Shown here piece after piece: positions 63,700 to 64,000 of a stretch of DNA of 64,000 nucleotides; the stretch's first letter is position 1; every line of letters begins with the position of its first letter. The notes beneath the pieces were generated by a model. That model had not been told where the DNA came from. It saw only the letters and a list, made by a program, of their open reading frames with translations, and did no database searches. A program made the translations under genes and the position numbers. Location of the stretch: the NCBI GenBank assembly GCA_013265495.1, contig MU057776.1:1-64000 (forward strand), given 5' to 3'. The DNA comes from Vicugna vicugna. Lineage: Eukaryota.

Positions 63700-63920
63700 A
63701 TTCTCTTTAACTGTGGCAAAATATACAAAATGTAAAATTGACCGTCTTAACCATGTCTAGGTTCACAGTTCAGGGACACTAAGCTCACTCACGTGGTTGA
63801 GCAGCCATCACACCATCACCTCCAGGACTCGTCCGACTTCCCAGACTGACACCCTGTCCCCAGTGAACACTCACTCCCCTCTCCCCGAGCCCCTGGCCCC
63901 GGGATCTGCTTCCTGACTTG
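63700..63920 (-). mobile_element. Short LINE-1 3' end fragment, antisense
   Basis: 'aactgtggcaaaatatacaaaatgtaaaattgaccgtcttaaccat...agccatcacaccatc'. Confidence 0.6.
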
Positions 63921-64000
63921 AGCCATGCTGGTCCCTGGAGTACACTAACAGTTGCGAGGACTGGTAGGGTTGGAACCATGACATCCTGGGAGAAGTCTTT

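Noticed and set aside
62400..64000. NLRP6 (the next gene expected by synteny) or a signal-peptide-like exon near 63090-63150
   Set aside because: No pyrin-domain coding sequence is visible and the hydrophobic stretch has no in-frame ATG; NLRP6 probably lies beyond the window.

Overview
Mammalian genomic DNA starting at a chromosome end: a (CCCTAA)n telomeric array (1-~310, with a 19-N gap) followed almost immediately by the gene block syntenic to human 11p15.5 / mouse distal chr7. I reconstructed seven intact spliced genes by hand, with exon phases checked: SCGB1C1(+, 95 aa), ODF3/CIMAP1A(+, 254 aa), BET1L(-, 111 aa), RIC8A(+, 528 aa), SIRT3(-, 320 aa), PSMD13(+, 376 aa) and the muscle-type cytochrome c oxidase subunit COX8B/COX8H(-, 70 aa), which is a pseudogene in humans. 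From ~52 kb to the end the sequence is intergenic and repeat-rich (L1, MLT2, MER5A). The tRNA-Ala-derived SINEs, the bovine-like COX8H/SIRT3 proteins and no obvious Bov-tA/PRE1 SINEs suggest a camelid (inference). I did not find a new biological system. The most notable details are: genes within ~3 kb of the telomere; a perfect 134-bp duplication in ODF3 that copies a splice donor; a conserved miR-6743-like mirtron hairpin in RIC8A; a SIRT3 5' end with two acceptors 8 nt apart and a GTG at the mouse-M1-equivalent position; a 48-bp tandem duplication and an ETS-ARE-ETS module in the SIRT3/PSMD13 bidirectional promoter; and a cluster of ERR-type sites in the COX8B intron. Homology calls come from recalled sequences, not database searches, and repeat boundaries are approximate.
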